Source: a virus. From it: a DNA stretch of 64,000 bases. The notes beneath the pieces were generated by a model. That model worked only from the letters and a program-made list of their open reading frames with translations, had not been told where the DNA came from and made no database searches. A program made the position numbers and the translations under genes. Location: positions 1 through 64,000 of IMG/VR virus record IMGVR_UViG_3300041955_000884, one strand, 5' to 3'. This document shows positions 27,112 to 36,800 of this stretch, piece after piece. Position 1 is the first letter of the stretch, and every line of letters begins with the position of its first letter.

Positions 27112-27380
27112 CAGGGACAGCTTCAGCCTCAACCTCAGCGTGACGACGAAGTAGCCTCAGCTTTGTGCCCTGAAAACTTACTCGCGAAACACCGGAAATA
27201 GGCGCGAGACGGCTCCGATAACGCCAGACGCGGGTTCGATGCCCGCGCCCCCAACCAACTTGATGGGGGCTAGCACAGTGGCAGTGCAGGCGCTTGAAGA
27301 TGAGGCCGTAGTGTCGCTGAAAAGCGGTGTGCGAAGGGAAATGCGCTTTCCGTAAGCGCCAGACTTGAAATCTGGTTCCC
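27112..27380 (+). ncRNA. structured ncRNA with circularly permuted tRNA domain, hexamer-repeat domain and anticodon-arm mimic
   Basis: T-arm 27230-46, acceptor 3' strand plus ACCA 27247-57, acceptor 5' strand 27264-70, D-arm 27273-87, closing helices 27222-25/27289-92 and 27209-15/27302-09. Confidence 0.85.
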
Positions 27381-27386
27381 AAACCC

Positions 27387-27420
27387 GGGGGGTGCCGTAG
27401 GGATTGCGGCATCCCCTTTT
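27387..27420 (+). terminator. intrinsic terminator ending the ncRNA unit
   Basis: GGGGGTGCCGTA-GGGAT-TGCGGCATCCCC followed by TTTT. Confidence 0.85.
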
Positions 27421-27503
27421 GGTTGCTACGGGTTCTGCCCGAGCGCGCCGAACGGTCCGGCCGCCCCGTTGCACAAAGTCGCCCCAGATGCTACATTCGC
27501 GGC

Positions 27504-28250
27504 ATGGCACCGACAGTCATCAGCCGAGAGGAAGCGCGCGCGGCTGGCCTGAAGCGCTTCTTCACCGGCGAGCCATGCCCGAGGGGCCACATCGCGGAAC
27601 GCTACGTGCTGAAAGGCCGCTGCGTCGTCTGCGCGAAAGAGGCCGGAGCCGCTTGGATTGCAGCGCACCCCGAAAAGGCCTTGGAGTACTCCCGTCGGAA
27701 TGAGGCGAAGCACCGGGAGAGGCGCCGCGCGAAAAACCGTCGCGTCAAGGCCAAGTGGCGCGCGGCACACCCAAAGGAGAACAAGCGTCGGCTGAAGGAG
27801 TGGCGCGACGCGAACCTTGAGAAGTCACGACAGCACTCGCGGGACTGGGGCAACGCTAACCGCGGGAAGCGCGCGGCTACTGCAAAGCAATGGCGGCAGG
27901 ACAACCCAGAACGAGCGCTGGAGCTGGCGCACGAATGGCGCGAACGGAACCCGGAGCGCTACCGCATAGCAAAGAATGCGGCGAGCCACAGACGCCGCGT
28001 CAGGAAGCTCGCGGCGGAGGGAAACCACACCGCTGATGACATCCAAGCCCTGTGCGCGAAGCAGCACGGCAAGTGCGCAAACTGCCGTCGCGGCATTGGC
28101 CGTTGCTTCGAGGTAGACCACATCCAGCCACTGACGAAGGGCGGCTCAAATTGGCCGTCAAATCTCCAGCTTCTGTGCCCGCGCTGTAACCGCAAAAAGC
28201 ACAACAAGGACCCCATCGCCTGGGCGCGGGAGAACGGCCGTTTGCTCTGA
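27504..28250 (+). CDS. HNH endonuclease
   Basis: FFTGEPCPRGH...CVVC N-terminus, CANC...VDHIQPLTKGGSNWPSNLQLLCPRCN; own promoter TTGCAC-17-TACATT 6 nt before ATG. Confidence 0.9.
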   Translation: MAPTVISREEARAAGLKRFFTGEPCPRGHIAERYVLKGRCVVCAKEAGAAWIAAHPEKALEYSRRNEAKHRERRRAKNRRVKAKWRAAHPKENKRRLKEWRDANLEKSRQHSRDWGNANRGKRAATAKQWRQDNPERALELAHEWRERNPERYRIAKNAASHRRRVRKLAAEGNHTADDIQALCAKQHGKCANCRRGIGRCFEVDHIQPLTKGGSNWPSNLQLLCPRCNRKKHNKDPIAWARENGRLL

Positions 28251-30893
28251 CTACGGGTTCGCGCCGAGAAGACCGAAGCTTTGGCCTGCCGGGTTCCGAA
28301 GGTAGACGCCAGGGATACCGCGAGGAACGCCGGCTCCTGGCACGTACCCTTGCATCGTCCTTCCAGATTCCACCTGAATACGGCGATTCATCCTCTCCCA
28401 CCAGCCCGGCTTCATCGCCTCGAAGAGCGCAAACCAGACGATGTAGTCCATCGCGCCTTTGAGATACACGAGATTGGCGAATGGCACATGATTCGAAGCG
28501 AATCGAGCAAGGTCGGGCCAGAAGTCGGATTGCTTTCCGGTCCGCAGGTTCTCGCGCCAACGGCCATAGATGTGGGCCAGCGCGTCGGTGTCAGAAATCA
28601 TTGGACCAGCCAGCGCCGTGACGCCGCCAGCCCCCATTCTATTGACGTTTCCCCACAGCAGGTCGCCGAGAATCCCAAGTCCGCCCCCCTGCGCCAAACC
28701 GGCCAGCAATGTCGCCGGCTTTCGCGGGTCTCGTGGCGGGTTGCCGCGCAGCAGGTCATTGATAAGCATGCGCGTATAGCCGGCCATTGTGGACATGCCG
28801 ACCGTCAAGAGGATACCAGTGGCGGCGCCCATCGGCGTCAGGCTCATGTTGATCTCGCGGCCCATGACCTGGTGCATGGCCGCGACGGGCCAGATTTTGA
28901 ACTGGGTCAGGGCCCGGCGGATTTCGAAGCCGAGGCTGCCAGGCCTTTCCGCGCCGTAAAGCTGCGCACGCTCGCGAACGCCGGGGACGACGCGGCCATG
29001 GTCGGCGATATCTTGGAAGTACATCAGCAGCTTGTCGGCCAGCGCCTGTCCGCCCGGCGTGCGCAGCGCGTCGCTGGGCGTCAGATAAGCCCGGCCCTCC
29101 CACTGCTTCAGGTCCTTCAGCCCGCGGAGTTGGTTCCACTGCTCGTCGCCGATGCCGTACTTGCTCAGCAGATTCTGGTGCAGCGGATGCAAGGCAGTGA
29201 AGTCGCGGTCTAGCTGACGGCCGAGGTTGGCGGAGGCCATCTCGCGGAGGCCGTAGCCCATCGACTCGAACCACCAATTCACGCCGGTGGCGTTCATGAA
29301 CAGGCTATGGATGGCGGAAATCCGCCCCATCGGCGTGTTGCCGGGCTCAAAGATGAGGTTCCAGTTCCGCGCCAGGTTATAAGCGAAACCAGAAGCGTAG
29401 GCGCCGGCGTCGGCGAGGATTTCCTGCTTCTCGATGGGGCCTTTGCCCTTGAGGATGATGTTCATCACCCGGCCGACATTGGCGACGCCGCCGGTCAGGT
29501 TGCCGACACCGAAGGGATCTGTCGCGGCGCCGATGCCGTGGTGGCGGAGCTCACTCGGGATCGTGGCAAAGCTCGACGCCATGTGAGTCACGCCGACGCC
29601 GCCGAGGCTGATGGCATCGTAATACTGCCTGGCGCCTTCGCTCAGGCTGGCAAACAACGAGTCGGTCGGGATATTGGCTGAACCGTCGAGCCTGGCCATG
29701 ACGTTCTTGATGCCGTCGATGCGGCGCTGGAACTGCTTCAGGCCGTCGAGATCCTCATTGCGGAACTTCTCCTGGATGCGGCGGATGACGGTGTTCAGGT
29801 TGCCGGCGGGGTTAGTGCCGAGCTTGTCCATCAGGGCGATGTTGCGGCTGCCCTGGCGAATGGTGTTCTGCACGCCGTCGTAGAGGGACAGGTAGCGACC
29901 ATATTTCTGGTTGTAGTCGGTCCAGGCGTCAGCGTCTTTCCAGAACAGCACGCGGGGGTGCGAGACGCGCTTGGCGATGTTGAATGTGCCCTCGTACGCT
30001 GGCGGCACGTAGTCGCCGTGGTCGTCCATCGGTATGCCGGCGGCTCCTTCTGGCAACAAGTGAATGCCCCCCTTCAGCCGCACGTTGCTGGCCATCGCGA
30101 AAAAAGCCGAGCGTCCAAAGCGAAGCCTCGCTGCGGCATCGTTCTCGCCCTCCTTCGGGACGATGCCTTCGAAAGTTTTCTCGGCCAGTTTCGGCTCGGT
30201 CCACCGCCACCAGGCGGAGAAAGCATCGTCTGGGCTGATGCTACCGTTGCCGCCGCGGCCGCCGCGCCGCATCAGGAGCGGGTCGTGCCAAGTGTGCATC
30301 ACGTAGTCGGGGGCGTCGCCGATGCGGGCGCCGTGCTCGTTCTGCATGTCGCGCATCTGATCGAGAGCCGGATGGAACGCCTCCACAGCGGCGCGGGCCG
30401 GCGCTGAGATGTCGGCTTCGCCCTTCGCGTTCTTCGCCCACAGGCCGCGGGCTATGTCGCGGTCGAGGCCACCGCGGGCTACGGCCTTTTGGATGCCGGC
30501 CTTCTTGAGCTTCACCTCGACGGCGCCGAGCGTGGCGGCGGCGCGGCCAAGCCATTCGGACTGCACGTTCTCGCGGCTGCCGACGTTGGAGCCGTGGAGC
30601 ACGTCGCGGAGGACCTGGGCAGCGTTCCCGAAGCCAGTCACTTTGGACAGCAGAGCCGAGCGCTTGGCGGCGTTGCGCAGCGCGTCCAGCCGGTCGGCGC
30701 GGGCCTCCTCGGCTTCCTTGGCGGCGAGCTCCGACGCGGCCTGCATGAATGGGTCGGGCGCGCCAGTTGCGCGCATCGTCTCCGCCCTGTCGTGGACTTG
30801 TTGGAGGAGTGCCCGCGCATCCGCGGCGCCGAGCCTGCCGGCCGCCGCGACGCGGGCGACGCAGGCTTCGAAGGACTCCGGCGCTCTTGCCAT
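28251..30893 (-). CDS. large internal virion (ejection) protein
   Basis: ~880 aa helical protein with C-terminal GGGLGILGD and VPFANL motifs; last of the ejection-protein cluster. Confidence 0.75.
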   Translation of the reverse strand: MARAPESFEACVARVAAAGRLGAADARALLQQVHDRAETMRATGAPDPFMQAASELAAKEAEEARADRLDALRNAAKRSALLSKVTGFGNAAQVLRDVLHGSNVGSRENVQSEWLGRAAATLGAVEVKLKKAGIQKAVARGGLDRDIARGLWAKNAKGEADISAPARAAVEAFHPALDQMRDMQNEHGARIGDAPDYVMHTWHDPLLMRRGGRGGNGSISPDDAFSAWWRWTEPKLAEKTFEGIVPKEGENDAAARLRFGRSAFFAMASNVRLKGGIHLLPEGAAGIPMDDHGDYVPPAYEGTFNIAKRVSHPRVLFWKDADAWTDYNQKYGRYLSLYDGVQNTIRQGSRNIALMDKLGTNPAGNLNTVIRRIQEKFRNEDLDGLKQFQRRIDGIKNVMARLDGSANIPTDSLFASLSEGARQYYDAISLGGVGVTHMASSFATIPSELRHHGIGAATDPFGVGNLTGGVANVGRVMNIILKGKGPIEKQEILADAGAYASGFAYNLARNWNLIFEPGNTPMGRISAIHSLFMNATGVNWWFESMGYGLREMASANLGRQLDRDFTALHPLHQNLLSKYGIGDEQWNQLRGLKDLKQWEGRAYLTPSDALRTPGGQALADKLLMYFQDIADHGRVVPGVRERAQLYGAERPGSLGFEIRRALTQFKIWPVAAMHQVMGREINMSLTPMGAATGILLTVGMSTMAGYTRMLINDLLRGNPPRDPRKPATLLAGLAQGGGLGILGDLLWGNVNRMGAGGVTALAGPMISDTDALAHIYGRWRENLRTGKQSDFWPDLARFASNHVPFANLVYLKGAMDYIVWFALFEAMKPGWWERMNRRIQVESGRTMQGYVPGAGVPRGIPGVYLRNPAGQSFGLLGANP

Positions 30894-33800
30894 TATTCTC
30901 CGCCTCTCAGGCATTTGGCCGCTTCATCAATGGCTTGGGCACGCTGTTGGGCCTCGTGCTCGGCCTGGGTGGCCTGGGCGATGGCGGCGCGGTCCTCAGG
31001 GTCTATCTCCCCAGCGGCGGCGATGCGGCGCTCGGCTTCTTCCATCTCGGGGTCCACGGGGCGGGCAGCCTCTCCGCCTTCCTCGCCCTCGTGAACAATG
31101 CCGCGTGCCCTGTCGACCGCCGCTTGGTGAGCACCGATACCAGCGACAATCTTGCTGGCCTTCCTCGCTTCGGCTTCAGCTTCGAACATGGCCTGCATGG
31201 CATCAACCTGGCGCCGCAGCTCTTGCAACTTCGTGGTATCGAACCGCTGGCCGATGAGTGGCCTGATGTTCTCGGCCGCCTGGAGATGCTCCGCGCGTTG
31301 TCGTTCGGCGTAGGCCTTATCGTTCTCGAGGCCGCGGAGATTGGCCTCGGCGGACTTGATGAGGCCGTCTCCGGTATCAGCATGCAGGGGGCGGTTGCCG
31401 GAATCGAGCGACAGCCAGTAGTTCGTCGTGCCCTTCCAGCCGCTCTTGTCCCCGCGCAGGGCGAAGCCACCGATGCGGCCGAGCGTGATGGGCGCCCCCT
31501 TGTCGCCCATCGGCTTAATGTGCTCGTCGATGAACTTGTCCAGGGCTATGGCAGCATCGGCGCGCTTCTCCAACTTCTCGCCGCCGACGAGCATCGAAAA
31601 CTGGTCGCCCTTCGTTTCCTGGCGGTTGGCGATATCGCGGGAGATGGAGGCGGCGCTTCGCTCTTGGTAGTCGGCATTGTCCCGGTGATAAGCCAGCTTC
31701 GTGCGGAGCGAGTATTGCTCTTGGTTGTGGGCGCCTTCGCGGCGCTTCTCGCGGTCGTAGGCTTGCCGAAGCTCGGTAAACGCCATGATGCGCTCGTCCG
31801 TGGTGGCCATGGCGGAGGCCTGCTCGTACATGCTGGCCTCCCCGACATCCTCCATGTGGCGAAGGTTCGGATCGCCGCGGAAAAACTGCTCGATAAAGCG
31901 GCCCTTCTTCCCCATCATCCCCCACATGGCCGAGTCGTAGGTGCCCTTGGTCGTGTAGTCGTGGATTTCGACCTCAGGGTTGTGGTTGCCCTGGCGGAGG
32001 ATGCGCCCGATACGCTGCTCGTCGTCGGCCGGATACCAGAGCGGGTCCTGATTATGGATGGCGATGAGACGGCGCTGGGCGTTCACGCCGGTGCCCATCT
32101 TCTGCGTGGAACCGATGAGGATGCGGACCTTTCCGTCGTTCATGTCGTTGAAGAGGTTCTGGCGAGCAAGCGCTGTCCCGTAATCGCCGATGAAGGCTAT
32201 GTGCTGCGCTGGGACGCCTTCGCGGCGAAGGGCCTCTCTAATCCACTGGTAGCCGGAGAAGTTGGCAGGGCCGCGGCCGTTCACGCCGAGGTTGGCGAAA
32301 ATCATCTGGGTCGCCGGACCACGGAAGGACGGCTCCTTGTAGCCGCTCCTCGGGTCATAGAACTGGACATCGCCGGTTGCGTGGTAGATGCGGGCGACGT
32401 TCTGCACCATCATGTTCAGCTTCGAGCGCGGGTCGCTTTGCGCCTGCTCCACGAAGCGCGGGTCGATCGCGGCATGGCGCCCATCGTTGATGACGGACAG
32501 CAGGATGTCCATGCCCTTCTCGGGCGGTCCTTTCCTGGCCTCAATGGCATCCATACGGTCGGCGAGCCTCGCCTGGTAGTCGTCCAGGATTGGCGTCCGC
32601 GGCGCCATGTGGAGCTGCCTGGAGCCGCCCTTGACGGCCGGGCGCGTGACGTATTGCTCAAGCTCGCTCGGCGTCACGATGTCCATTGTCTCGCCGACCA
32701 TCTTGTAGAGCTCCGGCATGTTCACGAACTGGCCGAAGCGCGTCTGCGGCTTGTAACCGCCGGCGGCGTTCTCCTCCAACCCGGTCTTCGTGTCGCCGAA
32801 GGCCTGCGCCCATGAATCGAAGTGCGAAAGGCCGCGGGCGGCAAGTGCTTGCGGCTGCATGTAGCGGCTCAGGCTGTAGAGCTCGCCCATCGTGTTGGTC
32901 ACCGGCGTGCCGGAGGCGAACACCACGGAACGGCCCGGGCGCTGGCTATCGAGGTAGCGCACCTTCGTGTAGAGGTCCCACGCCTTGTTGGAACCCTCGG
33001 GCGTGATACCTTTCACGCCGCTCTGCTTCGTGGCAAAGGTGAGCTTGCGGAATTCGTGCGCCTCGTCGACAAACAGGAAGTCAGCGCCGAGCTCCTCGAA
33101 GGTAAGCGTCTGGTCCTGCGTGCCGTCGCCCTTCCTAGCCAGCCTCTGCTCCAGCTTCTCCTTTTGGTTTTCCACGCGGCCTCTGGCGAAACGGGCGTCC
33201 GGCCCCTGGAGCTCGCCAAGCGCCTGCTCAAGCTGGGCGAGCTGCTCGCGAATCAGATGTTCCTGGAACTCATCGCTGATGGGAATCTTGCCGAAGGACG
33301 AATGCGTCATGATGATGGCGTCGAGGTCGTCCTGCGCCACGTTGGCGACGAACTGCTTGCGGCGGCTGGTATGGAAGCGCTGCTCGTCTGCCACCGCAAT
33401 CTTTGCGGTCGGATACTGCTCGTAGAACTCTTTCGTGAACTGGGCCAGCATGTGGTTCGGAACAGCGAAGAGCGCCTTGCGGATAAGGCCAAGGCGCCGC
33501 ATCTCCATCGCGGCACCAATCATCTCGGCCGTCTTGCCAGCGCCGACGGCGTGTGCGAGATAGGTATTACCGGCCTGGACGACGCGCGCAACCGCGCGAA
33601 GCTGGTGGCTGAACCATTTCCATGTGCTGGAAATGCCGGGGGTCGTCAGGTAGCTGCCATCGAACTGACGGAGCACCGAGCGGTTGAGGGCGTCGTTGTA
33701 AATCTTCGCCATCTGGTCGGCGCGGTCCTGGTCGGAATGGACCCACTTCTCGAACTCGCCCTGGAAGCGGATACCGTCCTCCATGTAGCCAGCGATGGCC

Positions 33801-36800
33801 TTGATTTTGTCCGCTGCCGCCTGGGTGGCGACTTCGTCGAATACCTGACGCCGGTCGCTTCCGCTTCCCTCCCACTGGTAGATGCGCGGCGGTGTCCGGT
33901 TCATCGCATCGGAGAGGAGCTGGAGCGCCGTCCGGTCCGGCGTGCCCCATTTTGCCGCGCCGGCAGTCTTGCCTTCGCCGCCCACGAACCACGTTCCGGT
34001 AGTCTTGCTGCGCGCGACATGGACATCGCCGAGGTCAAGGTGGTCGCGGGCGAACTCCTCCACGGTCTCCTTCGGTATCCAGGGCATGCCGACAATCATA
34101 TCGACGAGCGGCGGTGGCACGGGCGGCGGCAGCGCGGCCTCTAGCGCCGAAATGTTGCGGCGCACCTCCGGGTCCGTCTCGGCTGCGGCGCGGGCTTCCT
34201 CCAGCTTCGTGGTCACGTCGCCGGAGAGGTACTCGTCCTTCGTCTGGTAGGTGTCGCCCTTGTTCGGCACTTTGAAGATGGAGTCGCCGAGGTCTCCCAC
34301 GAGGCTGGCGCGGTCGCGGCCCATCTTCTCCGCGATGGCGTCCAGGTCGAAGCGGCCGAGCTTGTTGTACGACCACAGCACGCCGTCCTGAGCGGACTTG
34401 AGTTCCGGCTCCTCGTCGAATTTCAAGATGGAGCGCTCGAAGATTGGCTTCTTGGAATGCGCCCCAGTGGCGAGGTCGTAATTCTCGATGGAGCGGAGGC
34501 GGTAGCTCTCCGGGTCCGACATGAAGGCGCGCACGTTCGGGTAGCGCGCGTCAATGATGTCCGGCACGTCGTCTGGGTCGAAGGATCCCTCGTTGAATTT
34601 GCGCCCTGCCGCAATGGCGGCCTGCCGGGCATCGTCGCGGGCCTTCGCGATTGCGGAGACCTTGGCTTTCGCCAGAAGCATTTCGCTCGGGTCGAAGTCG
34701 CCGTCGTTCCAGTAGTCGTCAATCGAGCGGGCGTCCTCGCGGGCCTCGAGCCGCGCTTCCTCGATTTGCGTCAGGGTCGGCTTGCGGTTGGTCAGCGTCG
34801 TCAGGTTGATGGGCCCGTGCTGGGCCACGAAGGAATCGTAATGGGCACTGAGCCGCTTGCGGGCCTCGGCGCCGCGGGCGTCATCCCTGGCGAGGTCGGC
34901 CTGGAACACGTCGGGCAGCGCATCTCGGATGGGGATAAGATGCTGCACCTTTTCCCGGTCGCCGGCGCTCATGCCGCCGGTAACGCCATGCTTCGGCACC
35001 TCGCGACCGGCACCGCCTTCGTACTGCATCAGCTTGCCGTCGGGGCCGATGTAGAAGCTGCCGTCTTTCTTCTGGCCGGAAGCGAAGTCGAGCTTCGCGC
35101 GCTCCTCCGGCGACGGAGGCTCCGTCATAATGCCCTCTGGAAGGCGCTCTACGGCGGAGGCGAGGTCGGCGTCGAGGTCGCTGCCAGGGCGCGGCGACAC
35201 CGTATAGTCGTCGCGCGGCTGCATCTTGCCCTGGAAGCTCTCTTCCCCCAGTACATTCTCCGGGTGCTCACTGAAGTAGCGGCTGACGTTGCCTTCAACC
35301 ATGGGTGCCGTTTTGCCGGCGAGTCCGCGCGAGACGACGCCCATCCACGGTGGCTCTTGCCCTTCGGGGACTTCGATGCGGCCCTCTGGGCGCTTCTGGA
35401 AGAAAAGGATGTCGGTCGTGACAGGCGTGCGGGCGTTCCTCATGAACGCATCGCTGTTCAGCCGGATGCCACCGACGAACTCCGCGCGCTCCGCGAGATA
35501 GCGGCGCGCGTCGTCGCTGACAGCGTCCATCGTATAGTGGCTGGTAATGAAGCCTAGCAGGCCGCCAGGCCGGACGCTATCCAGCGACTTCGCAAAGAAG
35601 TAGTTGTGCAACGTGAAGCCGCGCGCCGCGTACTTCGGGTCGCCATGCACCACCGTGTCGCTGAATGGCGGGTTGCCGATGACAAGGTCGAACTGGCCCT
35701 CCGGCATTGGCGTCTTGATGTAGTCGGCCTCGCGGACGCCGGACTCTGGATAGAGCAGCTTCGCGATTTGCGCGGTGATGTGGTCGCGCTCGATGCCCTG
35801 GTACTGGCTCTTCTCGGCGATGTCCGCCGGCATCATGCCGATGAAGTTGCCCGTTCCCATGCCTGGTTCGAAGACGAGGCCGCCTTTGAAGCCCATGCGG
35901 CGGACGGCGTCCCACATCCGGCGGACAACGGTTTCCGAAGTGTAGTGCGCGTACTGGGTGGACTGCGCGGCTGTCCGGTATTCCTCGTCGCTCAGCAGGC
36001 CCTTGAGCCGCGCGCCGATGTCCTCGAAGCCCTTGCCGAAGTTGCCTTGGTTGTCCTCGAAGGCGCCCTTGAGGCCGCCCCAGCCGACGTATTTCGCGAG
36101 GATGGCCTGCTCGGCTTTGGTCGCCGGGCGGTTCTCCTCCGTCAGGCGCTTGGCGAGCTCGATGGCGGCAAGGTTGTCGTTGGCTTTGAGCTTCGGGCCA
36201 CGGGCTTCTTCGAGCGAGCCGGGGCCGATTTGCCAGTTGGCTCCGGTGACGTTGGCGTCGGCAGATCGTCCGGCGGCTCCGGGTTCTGGTCCCTCTCCGG
36301 CGTCGGGAATTCGAGGAAGTGCGCCCGCACCACCTCCTCCGCCGCGTGCTCGGCGTTGGGGTTGAGGTTGCCGTGGCTGTCCCGCGGGCTGCTCCTCAGG
36401 AGGCCCTCCAGCAGGTCGTTCGCCTCCAGGCACACCCTCTGGGCGTGCTGGTCCAGCTTCCCCGCCCGGCGCAGCTCCCGGTACAGTCTCGGGTCTTTCT
36501 CCCTCAGCGCCAAGAGGTAGGTTAGCTTGAAGTCCACCCTCTTCTTCCTCTTCTGGTTCGGTCGGGGCCGGGATCTTGCCGTCGCGCTCAAGCTCATCGG
36601 CGAGGGCGACGATTTCCGGCTCGGTGAACGTCCCGCCGACGTAGCTGTCGGCGATTTCGGCCGGCGTTTCTCCATCGGCGATGCGCTGGCTGATGTCCTC
36701 CAATATGGCGGTGCCGTAGTGGGCGTTGTAGAGGCGCTGGGCTTCGTACTCGTTCAACGGCTCGGGGTGCTCGGCACCCTCGGGCGCGAACGGGATGGCC

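Noticed and set aside
27209-27309. Ordinary YrlA Y RNA
   Set aside because: Topology is similar, but there is no Ro60/TROVE gene in the window and the RNA has extra domains and a CCA; not excluded without an Rfam search
27209-27380. Two-piece (permuted) tmRNA
   Set aside because: Acceptor has no G3-U70 alanine determinant, a full D-stem is present, and no tag frame ending in Ala-Ala-stop was found
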